From the NCBI GenBank assembly GCA_051294375.1, contig CM119268.1, positions 10,361,607 to 10,425,606 on the forward strand: a stretch of DNA of 64,000 bases, written 5' to 3'. The notes under the pieces are model-generated. The model ran no database searches, was not told the DNA's origin, and saw nothing but the letters and a program-made list of their open reading frames with translations. Shown one piece after another: positions 10,703 through 24,114 of the stretch. Origin of the DNA: Paraspadella gotoi (lineage: Eukaryota > Animalia > Chaetognatha). Every line of letters begins with the position of its first letter. The stretch's first letter is position 1. The translations under genes and the position numbers were made by a program.

Positions 10703-13700
10703 ATGTCGACGTCTGGCGGCAGTGCCGCAACCTATGTTCTGCTCGAGGCTCAAGTCGGAAAGTCGTCGCAGGTGGGGGGGGGATTGTTGTCGACTTAGTT
10801 TTTTTTTCCTTCCGCCTTTAAAAAACGAGGGAAATCTTATAATTTATATATTTCATCGTAAGGAAATCAAGTCCCTAATACGCCCCACGAACGGAAAGGA
10901 CTCTTGGCGGCGTTCCTCCGATATGAACAGCGTCGATCGGGTTCGTCTAGCGGGGTCTCTGTTTCGCGACACCGACGATCAGGACGCCTTGTACTTCTTC
11001 AATCCCACCAAATCCCCATCGACGATGGTCCTCAGGGTGAGAATTGATCGGATATTAACCTTACTCGTCGGAGGTCCTTCTTATTACAACTATTTTTCCT
11101 CACTCGCAGAGCTTGGATAAATCCGATCTCTTCATCGCTTGCCCCAGCTCCGCCATTCTTCGCGTCACCTTCGATGAAATGGCGTTGTTGCTCGGCATCA
11201 ACAATTGCAATGACCGATTGCGGATTGCCAGCGACAAGGTGAGGGATGTTGGAGATATGTACTATTTGTGAAGTTGAAGAATTATAAATGAACTCATTTA
11301 GATTGAACGCTACAATATATAAATTACAGAATATGTATTTTAATCATCGCTTCAGACTTTGCTTTACTGGCTTTTGCATCTTCAACCGGGAGACAACGTG
11401 ATCGTTGCCGTCAACAACGGTACCGAGGAACTGCAGGGCTTTCTTCGGTACAAAGGCCCGATTTCTTCGCAGGATCCTGCCATTGTCTTCGGCGTGGAGC
11501 TGGTCGACAACCCGGGTGAGACAATTTGTTCATCAAGCCTTGGCGACTTTTCGAGCTTTAAAATATACATTGTCCTTTATTCCTTGGTTAAAGTGATTCT
11601 CCAGAAATCAGAAAAAATAGTCAGAAAAAATAGGAATTCAACCAATTTTAGCCAGGTTTATTCTCGTTAATTAGGTCGTGGTAATTCGGACGGCACGTAC
11701 AAGGAGAGACCTTTTTTCCAAGTGGCACCCAACTGCGCAGTGTTCGTGGGCGCCCACCGCATTACGCCACCGCGTCAATCATCGTCGCGACGCAACGCGC
11801 CCCTTGCCATCGGTGAACGCGTGGTGTGGATGGCCGACCACGGACCCGAGTGCGGAACCGTCAAATGGATCGGGATTTTGAAGGAAGTCAGCGACGACTG
11901 GACCGTCGGTGTGGCTTTCGATAAGTGAGCGAAAGAGATGAAAAAGTCCGTCCATAAAAGGGCTTACTATCGAATTTGAAGCTCAAACCCCTTTTCTCAA
12001 AATCCTTCTCGCAGCCCCGTCGGAACCGGCACGGGAAAGTTTAAGAACGAGCAGCTTTTCCGGGCGCCGCAAAACCACGCTTCCTTAATTCCTATCATGG
12101 GTTTACTGAAGGAGGCGGATGTCCTTGGTAGCCACCCAACTTCGTCGACGAGCACCGGCGACGTGCCACAACGTACTAAGACATCTTCCCCCTCAATGCC
12201 GTTTTCGGAGGACGATCTAGACGCTGTCGCCGAACGCATCGGTGACATCCACTGGACAGAGGTCGCCTCCCGTCTGGGCGTGCCGAGGGATTTCGTCGAC
12301 GAATGTCGAAAACAGCGGAAACCGGCTCACACCATGTTGAGGTATTTATAAGTTGTAATATTTCCCTCTAACAGTCTGAGCCTTTGGGATTGGCTGAACG
12401 GTGAGGCGGTGCGAATATAGCGCATAATACCACTTCATTTATCAGGAAGCTAATTATTTGGGAATTAAAAAACAGGAATCAAAGAGTCTGTCTTTTCAAC
12501 AATATCTTATTATAGAAGTAATGAGTAACTAAACATATTGTTAATAACATAATTCCCAGCCCATGAAGTAAGGAGTGAGACTAGAGAGAATTTAAGTCAA
12601 CCCTAATCCAACCCGATTCATGATTGATACTTTAAACTGAAACTCTTAACCGGATACCTAGTCCTAAGGCTGTGTTTCTAAAGATAAATTATATAAAAAG
12701 ATTATTATTAAGAAATATACCAAACTCTCTAATCAACTTTCACAATAATCGAAACGAAAATTCAATTAGGACCCAAGTACACGTGAATTATTTAAAACAT
12801 GGAAATTTTTCCGCTTTCGAAGATTGTTCATTCTCGATAATTTTCAGATGGTGGTGGCATCAAGGAGCCATGGACTCTCCGACCAGCTCGCGATTTGATC
12901 GCCTTTGCGCCGCGTTGCAAAACGTCGGTGCTTACGATGTTGCTGATGAATTGAAAAGGAAGTGCTACTCAGAACAAGATCCGTGGCCTGCGTCTGCGGG
13001 CGATGGGGTGAGTACTCGGCTTCCGACTTATGATTAGTTACGTTAGAAGAGTTTGAAATTAATTTTCAACAACGGTTTTATTTCAATAAAAAATGGACAT
13101 GTTTCGGCTTAACTACAAGCCTTCATCAGCATTAAAAAGAGTGAGTTAATTTCAAACTCTTCTAATTATGAACACAACGAAAAGAANNNNNNNNNNGAGT
13201 TAATTTCAAACTAATTATTACACAACGAAAAGAAAGGATTATACCGCAATGATTAGTTACGTGAAAAATGCTCTACGTTTACTCGTTTAGTAACATTTCA
13301 AAAATAAACATATTTGATTTAGTCTCGTTTACTCTCAATTTTTGATGTTGTCGTTTTTCTGTTAGCTTTCTTTAAGTTTCTTTGTATAGCCCCACGTTTT
13401 TGCCCATTTTTAATTACAGAATAAATTTTTTTAAAAATCTGATTTATCATATGAGTATGAAAATAAATCTTTTAATTCGCTAAATCTAATTGTAATCTGA
13501 TAATCCGCCGAAGTAATCTTCTAGATCGAGAAGGCATTGTGCAATTTCTTCTGGAGTTATCGTATTTGCCGGTGCTGTCGCCGTCATGTCCTCGTTGCAT
13601 TCGGATTCATGGTCGCGCATGATTGTCGTATTGTAATAATCTAAAGCTAAAAACAGTTAAGATGAAACAACTGTAAGAGATGATTATTTAATATATCTCA

Positions 13701-16700
13701 GGCAAACAAAACCTCGTATACAACGATTCCTTTTTGTTTACCCTACCTACTTTTCAAAATAATTATAATTATATTTCTACTAAAAAAAAAAACATATTGC
13801 CGTTGCCAAAAACATACTTTCGTTGTTTATACTTTAACCGCAACGAAAGTAAAAGGAAATTATTAAATTTTACTAAATATGATTTTAAATTTTAAATATT
13901 AACCTGTTTGTAATGGACAATCAAATTGTGATGGGCAGGCAGGCAATTTGACAGGATTCATGCTTAAGTATTTAACGCCGTTATCATTTCGGTACGAGAC
14001 TTTAAGATAAGGACCCGAGAATCTTTTGTACAATTCCACTGCTACAAATGAGTTGTAATTTGGAAGATCATCCAAATCTAAACCAAGAGCTCCTAGAAAT
14101 AAAGATTTTTTTTTTATATAGTTATAGCGCTCAACCCCCTTGTTTCTTTTACCGAGTAATGCGACAATATTGACGTCGTGAGCCGAATAAAAAAACGCCT
14201 TTTTCATTTCTTTGTCGCTCATTTTATTTTGCACGTTATTCAAAATCTCTACAAGAAGAGAACCCCCATATAGTTGACGCAGCTCATCTGTCGTAATCAA
14301 TGTGCGAGTAACGATTAGCTTCAATTCTTTTAGCACCTGAAGGTTTTTTAAAAAACTTAAAATTTTTCTGCCCTCTCGTTAATTGGTTCAATGACCTCCC
14401 TTTAATAGATCATGGTTGACCCATGTTGGAAGCTTTCTATTATTTTGCTTTTCAGTAATCAGAGTATCATAAATATTCACCATTAGGATGTCATCGTCGG
14501 TGAAACCTGTTTAAAAAAATTGTGCCATAGTGTAAGCAGAATTGTGTGATTTGTTTAGACTTTCTTTACGATTTCGTTTCCTGTAGTTGAGGCATTTTTC
14601 TGATATGAGATGCCTTTTGACTACATTTTTATTTGCGCAGTAGGTATTTGTTCTGGAAATATCGGTACTTTTTAGCATGTTCGTAGTCACTATGACCTGT
14701 ATTATTCCTGATTCTGTCAATTATATCTCGATTTTCTGTAAAATATTTTTTCAATTCCAGACTATTTTGCAAAGCTTCGTTTCTTAGTTTCAAGTAATTC
14801 GGACAATTGTCGCCAAATGCATTCAGGACATTATCCAGCTGGTGCAAAAAAAACAAAATTAACTAAGCTCCTAATTAATTAATTTTAGTATTAGTAATAA
14901 TAGTATTATTTTCTAGGTAAAATTCCTTTACCTCATTCGGCACGGAATGAACGGGAATCGGTTGCCATGGGTACTTATCGTCCTCAATATGCCATTTTGC
15001 CTCATCACCTTTTATAGGATACATGCCTGCCAATACAGCCTGAGCCGTCATAATCGTTCTGTCGGTTCCTGTTGACATAGATGAATTTGGGCTCTCGAAT
15101 TTCGTTTCGAATAATTATTAATTAACCGTTTAAAAAAATTACAAGATAATTTTAGCAGTGTTATCATTATCATTAAGCAAAAGTTATCATCGTCACTTAG
15201 AAAAAGTTATGGGTTATTTTTAACTTATTTAGATATAAGATTGGATTTAGAACTAAACATTTATGCATTTTAAAACCATTCAGAAACCAACCAAATTCCA
15301 CATATTGGGATCAAGTGTGATTCTAAACTGACCTGTTGACCGAATGTAAACATCGTTGACGTGGAACATGGAGTTGATGAATCTGAAAAGATATTTTCCC
15401 TTTGTTCATTCCATTTGTCACTTTTTTGACAATTTCATAAATTGAATTTTCATGATGCTCAAAATAAACAAAGGTAAAATGAAGTGAAAGACTATATTAC
15501 TTTTTTTCGGTGATGTATCTTTTTTGAAAAAAGAGTCCCAGATTGTAACTCCGCCAAATTCCATGTTTTGTGAGTTGTCCCAAACCGCGGGGCCATGTGT
15601 TCTCTTTATGGGGGTCAGTAGGATATATGTATTTTGGACTCCGGTCTCCGTTCCGAAACAGGATCTTTGAAAGCATGTTTTATGATAAATTAAAAAAAAT
15701 TTTCAATCACTCAATCTTTTCATCACTCCACCCTACTGTATATACTAAGTATACTATTATATAGGACCAAGGATTATCCCTCTTACATTCTTATCAGAAC
15801 ATACAATTCTACTCTGTAGTCATATCCCTCAACAGTAACGAATTCTAAATGACCTTTATCCCATAACAAATTATCACCTCCATCCCTTTATTTTCAGAGA
15901 GAGAGATATCTGGATTTTTCAATAAATGATTTCCTAACAAGAATGATAGAAAACTAGGGCAGAAAGTATTTTTTAACCTTGTTATTGTGTATATGCTCAC
16001 TTTATTTCCAGAAAACATCCCTCTCCCCATTACATTATTTAATATGAAATAATAATTAAATCTAATACTTATGTGATATATATCAAACTATTATATTCAT
16101 TTTAAAAGTTTAATTTATTATAATATTGTAAAAGAACTAATCTTACAATTTCTTCATATATTTCCGAAACCTATAAAATATTAGGCTGCATCTTTACTCT
16201 GTGAAATATTTTTTATTTCATATTTATAGTTACTTGAACGAAAAGTAACTCATCTGCAGAACAGATCGCTTTTATAATCAGGCAAAGAATATAAATTATA
16301 GAAGCACTGGTTTGTAATAGTCCACTTCTATTTTGTAATGACATGTTGGGGTTTTTTAAAAAAGTTTTCTTGAATTTGCAATTTAAATCGCTTGAATTAT
16401 ATTAAAAAATCGTATAAAAATCTACCTTATATGAAAAATGTTTTTTTGTTTTGTCTATCGATCTTCGATTCGAAAATATTTGGCAGTATTTCCAAGTTTT
16501 GGTCATTATTTATTAAGCTTGTTATATAATAAACAATCATCTTTGACGTTGAAAGAAGTTATCATTTTTTTTTTAAATACTCTACATGGCGACAATTCTA
16601 AAACCGCCGCTAAAAAAAAAAAATCTGCCATTTGCAAACCCATAAAGATTTTTTCAATTTAAAAACTTTGCTTTTCNNNNNNNNNNCCCATAAAGATTTT

Positions 16701-19700
16701 TTAAATTTAAAAGTAAGCAAAGTTTTTGAATGTGGTACCACATTCAAAAACTTTGCTTTTCTCTATATTCTAATAACAACGAAAACGAAAGGTTTATCAC
16801 ATCAAAGTAAAAATCAAAACTGTTTATGTATTTTATATGAATTGACTTTGATATGATTCAGCAATGATAGCTGGAAGATGGAAGTTTGAAAATCGTTTCT
16901 GATTTTTAAACTCAGAAAAAAATAAAATAATATCAATATTATTATCTTCTGAAAGCCCTTGCAAATCTGAAGAGAATGATGTACTTACGTATAAAATTTA
17001 ACCGGCCAGTTTAATTAATTATGATAGTCAAAAACGAGACATCTTTCCCAAAATCAATAGCTGGAGAGCAAATTTAAGATTTTTATCAAATTGTGATTGG
17101 CCATCTTATCTTTTTCAGGATATTTATATAAATAATAATATTTTTTATTATAGTAATTTAAACAGGTCATATTTTTTTTTAAAAATTAAAATTTTAGATA
17201 ATTAATTTTTGACTCTTTTAATTGAACGGAGGCTGGGCAACTTAATTTTTATGTTAGAGCTTTCGAAAGTATAACATTCTCTTCACAACTTTCTCTACTC
17301 ATTGTCAAGGCCTATCTTAACTGATCAATATAAAATTGAACATATAAATGATTTTGGTATTTAATACCCAACTTATTTTTAAAATCAATTAAAAAACCAC
17401 TGGTTTGCAAATGGCAGCGTTTTTTTACCGGCGGTTTTAGAATTGTCACCATGTGTATGAAATGTTTTTTAATTGGTTGATGATTTATGATAAAAAAAAA
17501 TTAAGTTGCTGAAGGTCAAATCATTTGCTAAAAATTTCGTTTACCTTAATGTCCTCTTTCAATTATTCCTACACCGAAAGAAAAAAGATGATGGGGGAAA
17601 AAACTTTATTGGTTTTTCTCTCTGTAGAAAATAGCCATTTTTATTTGTCTAAACCTTTCTTCCTTGCAGTGTCAAAACGGCGTCGTCCCCGAACGCTTTC
17701 GAATGGAACCACACCAACCGCCCCTTACTGGCGTTGGCAGCGGTAATAGAACTACCTTTTATTCCCCCACCGGAGACAATCACGTGGAAGCTTCTATGCG
17801 CCGAACGGCACATGACCGAATGTCGCCTTCAACCAAAAGATGTTTGCCCGATGTTAAACTGTCGCAACAGCAGCAGCAGCAACCCCAACCGAAACATCGG
17901 CAGCAATTTTCCACTAACTCAACAGAATCCTCTCCTCGGCAATCTGAATTGGTGACGTCGTCGAAAGCGAATCAAGGTTATTCCACTGAAAATGTGAATC
18001 CCCTCTACGAATGGAATCACGGTGAAGGAGCCAGTGACTACGGCAAAGGCGTCGGTGGGACCATTTCGCGGAGAGAGGTACAGTCTTAAGCAATGTTTAG
18101 GTTTTAATTCGTCCCAATTCTAATGAGATACTGCCTTTTTTTGTCTCTGGAAAATCCGATTTCTAGGTCCCCTCCCCACGAGACGCTCCTTCTCCGTCCC
18201 ACTTCGGCGTCAACGGTCATCACGAAAACGGGGAAGTGAGGAGCGCGGATGAACGTCGGATCCCGTCGGCGTTGGACAGGGATCAGGTCCCCGGTTTGGA
18301 GGTTGGCTCCGTGGTCGAAGTGGAGTTAGATCCTCAGCGAACTCAAACGGGCGTCATTCGCTGGATCGGCCAGTTGCGGAAGGCTGACCCCAACGAATTT
18401 ATCACCGCGGCGGGTAAAGGAGGGTTTCATTTGAGTCTCTGAGCAACAACTTCGTTTTCGGTTATGATTGATGGTTATTTCTCACTGTCCTTAAAGGACT
18501 GGAAATGGACGAGGAGGCGTCGTCTTATACCGACGGTACTTACCTCAACAAAAGGTACTTTACCTGCGCCCCTGGCCGCGCCTTCTTTTGTCCCCTTCGC
18601 AAGTGCAGATTGGATTCGCGATTTCGGGACGCCAACGACGGACAACCCGCTAACTCTGCGGGGCAGGTCAATACTTCTCCTCGAGGGTAGTATTGAGTAG
18701 GGAATTAAAAAAAAATAATTTATTTTGTGTACCAGGCGATCGAGTCGTTCAACTTCGGCGAACAAACATCTCCCGTTGTTAGCGGTAACGTTCCCCCTCC
18801 GAATCGCCTCGATCTGCGGAAAGTCTGCGGTGACTTCAAAGGAATACAGGTTTCTTACTTTATGAGGGGAATTAATAATTTTACTTTCTATTCTTACCTT
18901 ATATTTAACGTAATGTTTACGGAACGACCGAGGCAGAATGATAGATACAGAAAGAAAAGCATCTTATAGAATGTGCCTTGACTAATAATTTGAACTTTTA
19001 AACTAATACTTTTAAACTAATCCACAAATGTTTATACGGATTTCCACAAAGTTCCAATCGAGATTCCAGAAGAGTTTGTTCCTGACAGGGCCATCACAAT
19101 AGTTGTTATCTCGACGCGACTCTCTTCTCCATGTTCGCCTTCTCCTCTGTTTTTGATCAAGTGCTGTACCGACCTGCTGACGTCGAAGATATTCCGCAAT
19201 ACGGGGAGATCCAACGCGTACTAAAGGTTCATTGGAGACAAGAGGCAAGCTGTGAATAAATCGGCTAAAAAAATACCTTCTTCGACAGGAATGCATCGTT
19301 AACCCACTTCGCCGTCACTTTTACGTACGCGCCGATCGGACGCTCCAGTTGCGGCGTCTGCTGGACAAGCTGAGCGACGTAGATGGAATGATGGGGGACG
19401 AGAAGGACCCTGAAGAGTTTCTCCGATCCCTTCTCGAGCAGACCCTTAAAATGGAGCCGCTTATTAGGCTCACGAGCGACCAACGTAGTTACTTTTATCA
19501 GATCTTTGTTGACCGGTAATACTAAAATATCGGAACCATAGTGATTTCATTTGATTGGATTAATTTCTTCTTACCCCCAGGGACGAAAGCCTTTTACTAC
19601 CCAGCATTCAGCAGTTGCTGGAAAAGTCAATGTTTCAGTCAAATCTCCGGTTCGCTCAGGCGCCAGCTTGCCTGATTGTGCAAATGCCTCGATGCGGGAA

Positions 19701-20778
19701 AGAATACAAGATGTACAAGGTGAAAACTCTTCCATTCCGATCACGAGATAATTGACTGTCGCGTTTGAGTTTTATTTTAAACTTTCACATAAACTTGACT
19801 TTTCAGCGTATAATTCCTTCTTTGGAGCTGGACATTTCTGACATGATCGAAGATTCTCCACGTCAGTGCCACGTATGCCGTTCGGCGGCGACCGTCGAGT
19901 GCCGCGACTGCTTCCGGCGCGCCTCTCCGCCGATTCCGCTTCGTTACGCCGCCTACTGCGACTCCTGCCTCGAACGCCACCGAGAGAGATCTCTGGGTAA
20001 CGATTCTAACTCTTGATCTCTTTTTCTTTTTAAGCATTTGATGTTTTCGTTGCCACCCTCTCTCCCTCTCTTTCAAACCAAAGGCGACTCCGAACACCCA
20101 CACTCTGACATTGTCAAGTTGTCTTCTCCACCAGCGTTCCTTCGCCTCCGAGCGTCGTCGCCTGATCGGCCTATACCACGAGTGACGATGGAACTTTTTG
20201 CCGTTCTATGCATCAACACCAGGTGGAGCTTATGCATGACGACGTGGCTTTTCACGAATCTGTTACGCCTTCTTTATTTGATTTTCAGTCACTACGTCGC
20301 GTTCGTGAAAGCCGGCGGACGGAAGTCTTATTTACGGATGCGTCAAATGTTGTCCAACGTTAAACTCGGCGTCGCTGGTCATCAAAATGGCGTCGTTGGA
20401 AGTAGCGTCGAAGATGCTGACGGAGACACCGCCGCCGACTCTCACTGGCTTTTCTTTGATAGCATGGCTGGTCGACATGGACTTCAGGTTCCCGTCGGGC
20501 TCATTCTCTCCTGAAGACTTTTTCTCTCCATATCTCATTCAATTAATTATTTTCTCCTAATTTAATTTGAGTGACTCTTTCGCGGTCTTTAGGCGGGATA
20601 CAATATCCCTCGGGTGGCGCACGTGCCTGACTTTGAGGAGTGGGTGTCGGACGAGAAACGACGCCTGGTGGAAGAGAGCCTTGTGGACGACAAGGTGCTC
20701 CCCGAGCGCGTGGTCCGTCTCCTTGGCGATGCTTACATGTGCTTTTATCAAGATCCTCACCAACTCGACGCCTCATGA
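10703..20778 (+). CDS. CYLD: CYLD deubiquitinase (3 CAP-Gly domains, death-like domain, USP domain)
   Basis: CAP-Gly motifs (FGVELVDNPG, GVAFDNPVGTG, GLEMDEE..TDGT); USP Cys box IQGHHNSCYLDA, His box HYVAFVK, WLFFDSMA; C-terminal LLGDAYMCFY; start codon uncertain. Confidence 0.93.
13044..13248 (-). mobile_element. Short Penelope-like/retrozyme-type insertion with 14-bp direct-repeat flanks
   Basis: ATGATTAGTTACGT at 13030-13043 and 13249-13262; inverted repeat TTAGAAGAGTTTGAAATTAA / TTAATTTCAAACTCTTCTAA around a hammerhead core; contains an N gap. Confidence 0.65.
13092..13133 (-). ncRNA. Minimal type I hammerhead ribozyme
   Basis: Minus strand AAUG-CUGAUGA-A-GGCUU(GUAGUU)AAGCC-GAAA-CAUGUC-CAUU: complete core, 4-bp stem I, 5-bp stem II, palindromic ACAUGU stem III, GUC cleavage triplet. 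Confidence 0.8.
13486..16344 (-). CDS. Secreted histidine acid phosphatase homolog (ACP2/ACPP-like) nested antisense in CYLD intron; catalytic His replaced by Asn
   Basis: Signal-peptide exon MSLQNRSGLLQTSASIIYILCLIIKAICSADELLFVQ, then ILFRNGDRSP..WPRGLGQLT, RSTGTDRTIMTAQAVLAGMYP, WQPIPVHSVP, YSAHDVNIVALL; lies in CYLD intron 13008-17669. Confidence 0.85.
16584..17454. mobile_element. MITE-like element with ~55-bp terminal inverted repeats
   Basis: ACATGGCGACAATTCTAAAACCGCCG...CTGCCATTTGCAAACC at left is reverse-complementary to GGTTTGCAAATGGCAG...CGGCGGTTTTAGAATTGTCACCATGT at right; non-coding AT-rich interior with an N gap. Confidence 0.7.
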
Positions 20779-21754
20779 CCTACGGCGGCCGAGTCTTTTT
20801 TCTTCCATTCCGTTCTATCACTCATCACTTCCCGTAGTGCGACAATCTATTTTATACAAAAAATACGATGCGAATGCTCCCCTCGTCCCAAAGTCTTATG
20901 TAAATAGGCTTTCGGAATTACGCCATTGTTGATAATTAAACTGAACAATTATTTAATCTTTAAGCAGATCTGTTAGTTACCCCTAAAAGACAATCTTCCA
21001 TGATAATTTTCCGTGATATGTATATAACTTTTTTGAATCGAAATATGGAATGTATGTGTTGATTTACATATCGAATTCCAACCCCGATTCAATTCGTGTT
21101 ACACACCGCGTATAACAACGATCTAGTCAACAAATTCGAGTTACATTGTATATCATGAAAAAGATTTACTTGAACTTACGAAGCTTTAGTTTTTTTTAGA
21201 TTTTCTTTCCCCTCTTCTTCCCATGCACTCTTATTAACTTTATTGGTCCTTGTGGCAGCAAGACTTAAAGCTAACTAAAGCTAACTTTTTTTTAGTGTAT
21301 ACAGACACAATGCAATGATGCAATGATGCATCTTTATTTTTTTAAATATGACATTTGATTGATTAAATTTGCCTAAAGAGCTGTACGTATTTGATCATCG
21401 ATTAGCGTCTGATCCTACAAAATACACGTTTTTGTTTATTTCTTTTTGGTTTTCTTTACAAAACGATTTTCGCCTAAAATATTTTAATTTATAAACTTAC
21501 AAAAATAATCTCGCGTTGATATCGATAATCTCGGGAATCACCCTAACTCCTAAGCCGGTCCGATATATCTAAATTGCAGTCGTGAAATCTTCACTTTCAC
21601 AGATAAAAAAAAATTACCATAGGAGAGACAGAGAACCTTTCAAAAACCAAGGGATTTTTTCTGCGCTTTAAAAATGAGAACCGCCTCATCGCCGCGGCTT
21701 CATTATGCGAAATAGATTTAACCGCGAGAGCTCTGCGGAGCTGGAATCCTCCCA

Positions 21755-23631
21755 ATGGCGTCTAAGAAAAAGGTCGCCTTGAATCTCGGCGACGGAATTC
21801 CAGGGAAATACGTTAAGCGGGCCACGCCCCCGCCGCTTCGCGGAACCCAATCGCAGCCTTATCCTTTGGTTTTTGAGCGCCGTAAGGGTAACGATCACTT
21901 GCATCCGACTCCGCCTTCTCACGGTGCGATTGCGGTTGGATTGGGAAGTGCGGCCGGACGCGTCACAGTTTCAAAGATTGGCGTAGATCAGTCTGTGACG
22001 CTTAGCCCTTTAAAGGATAAGGCCAACTCCACAAAAATCACTAGGTAAGAAGAGTTAAATTCTTGAAATAAATTTGTTATATTGATGTTTTAATAACTCT
22101 CTTACCGTCTCAGTTACTCGAACTCACCTCGCGGCGGCGGCGACCGACAACTCAAACCCGCAGAATTTAAACCCAAGCTTTTACATGAATACCCAAACGA
22201 AACGTTCGAGACGACGTCCCCACCGGTTACGATTTTTGAAAGGAACGGCAAAGTATCTTTTCAGTCAGATTTTCTAAATGGTGGCGATGGTGAAAATATT
22301 GGCAAAGCGTCGGATCCACTCGCCGAGAGACCTCTTCGAAATCCTGCGTCTGTGGTCGACGCGCCGTCTTTTTTTATTAACGAGCCTTTGTATAAACAAG
22401 AAATTAGATCGCTCAAAAATCAACCTCGACCACCGTCGGAACCCTCTCCAACAGTGATAACGAAATCGTCACAGTACGAGCTGAATCAGTTCGCCCAACC
22501 GACAGTTTCTCGACTTCACCCTCACCTTTTTTCTCCCACGCGTCTTCCCCTCGTCGCGGAAGACGACGGTGAAGAGGCGTCGGAACTTCGGGCGAATACG
22601 GAATCCACGGCTCTGCTTTATTTGCCGCCGTTCCTGCCTCCGGCCCCACCGCCAACGCTTCAAACGCAGCAGTCATCCACGATTCGGACCTCGTTAGTTG
22701 GGAGCCAAGTTGTGGGAACTTCAACGGGAGGAGCCGGAGTTTCCGAATTTGGTGCGGTCAGACTGACGCGAGAATCTCCTTCGCTTTATTCAGTTTCCGT
22801 CAATCAATCATCGACGACGCCCGATAGACTTTACCAAGCATCCTCTTCCTTTTTAGTGGCTAATTCTTCCCTCCATCCCCTCTCGCGTCCGTCCACCGGC
22901 CTCTCTTCTTCCGTTTCCTCCGTCCCTTCCTCTTCCTCCTTCGCAAACCCGTCCTCATCTTCCGAATCCGTTGTCGATTCCAGTCAACAGTTGCCTCTTG
23001 GGTGGAGTCTCGACTGGACCATTCGTGGGCGCAAGTATTATATCGATCACAATACCAAGACCACTCACTGGTCCCATCCTATGGCCAAGGAATGTTTGCC
23101 GCCGGGCTGGGAGAGAATTGAGTCCAAAGAAAAAGTGAGTTATTATTCAGCTTTTCCCATTTTACACTGACATTTCTTCATAATAATCATTCATTTCAAA
23201 ATATATCTGGGTTTTAGGGGGTGTTTTACGTGAATCAAACTACGAAAACCGCGCAGTATCATCACCCCTGCATACCTACCTTAGCCCCGCCGCCGACTCA
23301 GTCCGACGGCACCAACTGGCGATGGCTTAAGGTTTACTCAAAGGCACCTCTCGAAGCAGACTATAAGCTACAGTGGGAACTTTTCAGCTTGTCGGTACGC
23401 GAACCTCGTTGGCTTCTATCCTTTTTTTACCTGACTTTTTTAGCAATGTATTACGGATCTCTCTCCCAGGAATTGGAATCTTTTGAAATGGTCCTGGGAA
23501 GACTATGTCACGAAGAAACGGAGCAGATCGTTCGGGCCTATGAGGCTTACAGGCAAAAACTCTACGAGGAGATCGACAGAAGAGATTCCATTCGGCGAAT
23601 GCAACCGTCGTCGCTTTGGACCCCTCATTAA
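21755..23631 (+). CDS. SAV1: Salvador (Hippo pathway scaffold)
   Basis: N-terminal KKK...[10 protein letters not shown]; tandem WW domains ([40 protein letters not shown]); WLKVYSKA; C-terminal SARAH-like helix [14 protein letters not shown]. Confidence 0.93.
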
Positions 23632-24114
23632 CGTCACCGGACAAGACATGACTCGACGCCTTTTGAGGCTTGACGCACTCCATTAGTTCTAGTCGAATGA
23701 AGTGAAGTTGAAAAAAACCTATTTAATGTGGGTTAGGGTCCAACAAAGCACTGTGATATAATCAAGCTTGTCATAGAAAAGTATCTGATTTTTAAATTTA
23801 ATTTTCCACACGTGGCCTTAAAAATATTTTTGGTGAGCTTTATTATGCCTATAATACTGGCTAAGAATTATTTAAATCTTTCAACTAAAAGAGTATTGAA
23901 TTTTGTTTTTTCATATTCTCTACATATTTACTTTTTGAACATTGGGATGGATTGGAGCGACTACGTCTCGTTCATGGTTTTTTAGCTTTATCGTCATTAA
24001 TACGATCGATTTACGTCGTATCTGTCTTCGTAACTACGTATCATTAATCGTTCATATTATTATTGTATCTTTTATATTTTTAAGAGAAATTATAGTATCT
24101 CGTTGTTCAGCGAG

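Noticed and set aside
16640-16720. Direct repeat flanking the N run
   Set aside because: Most likely overlapping contig ends at an assembly gap
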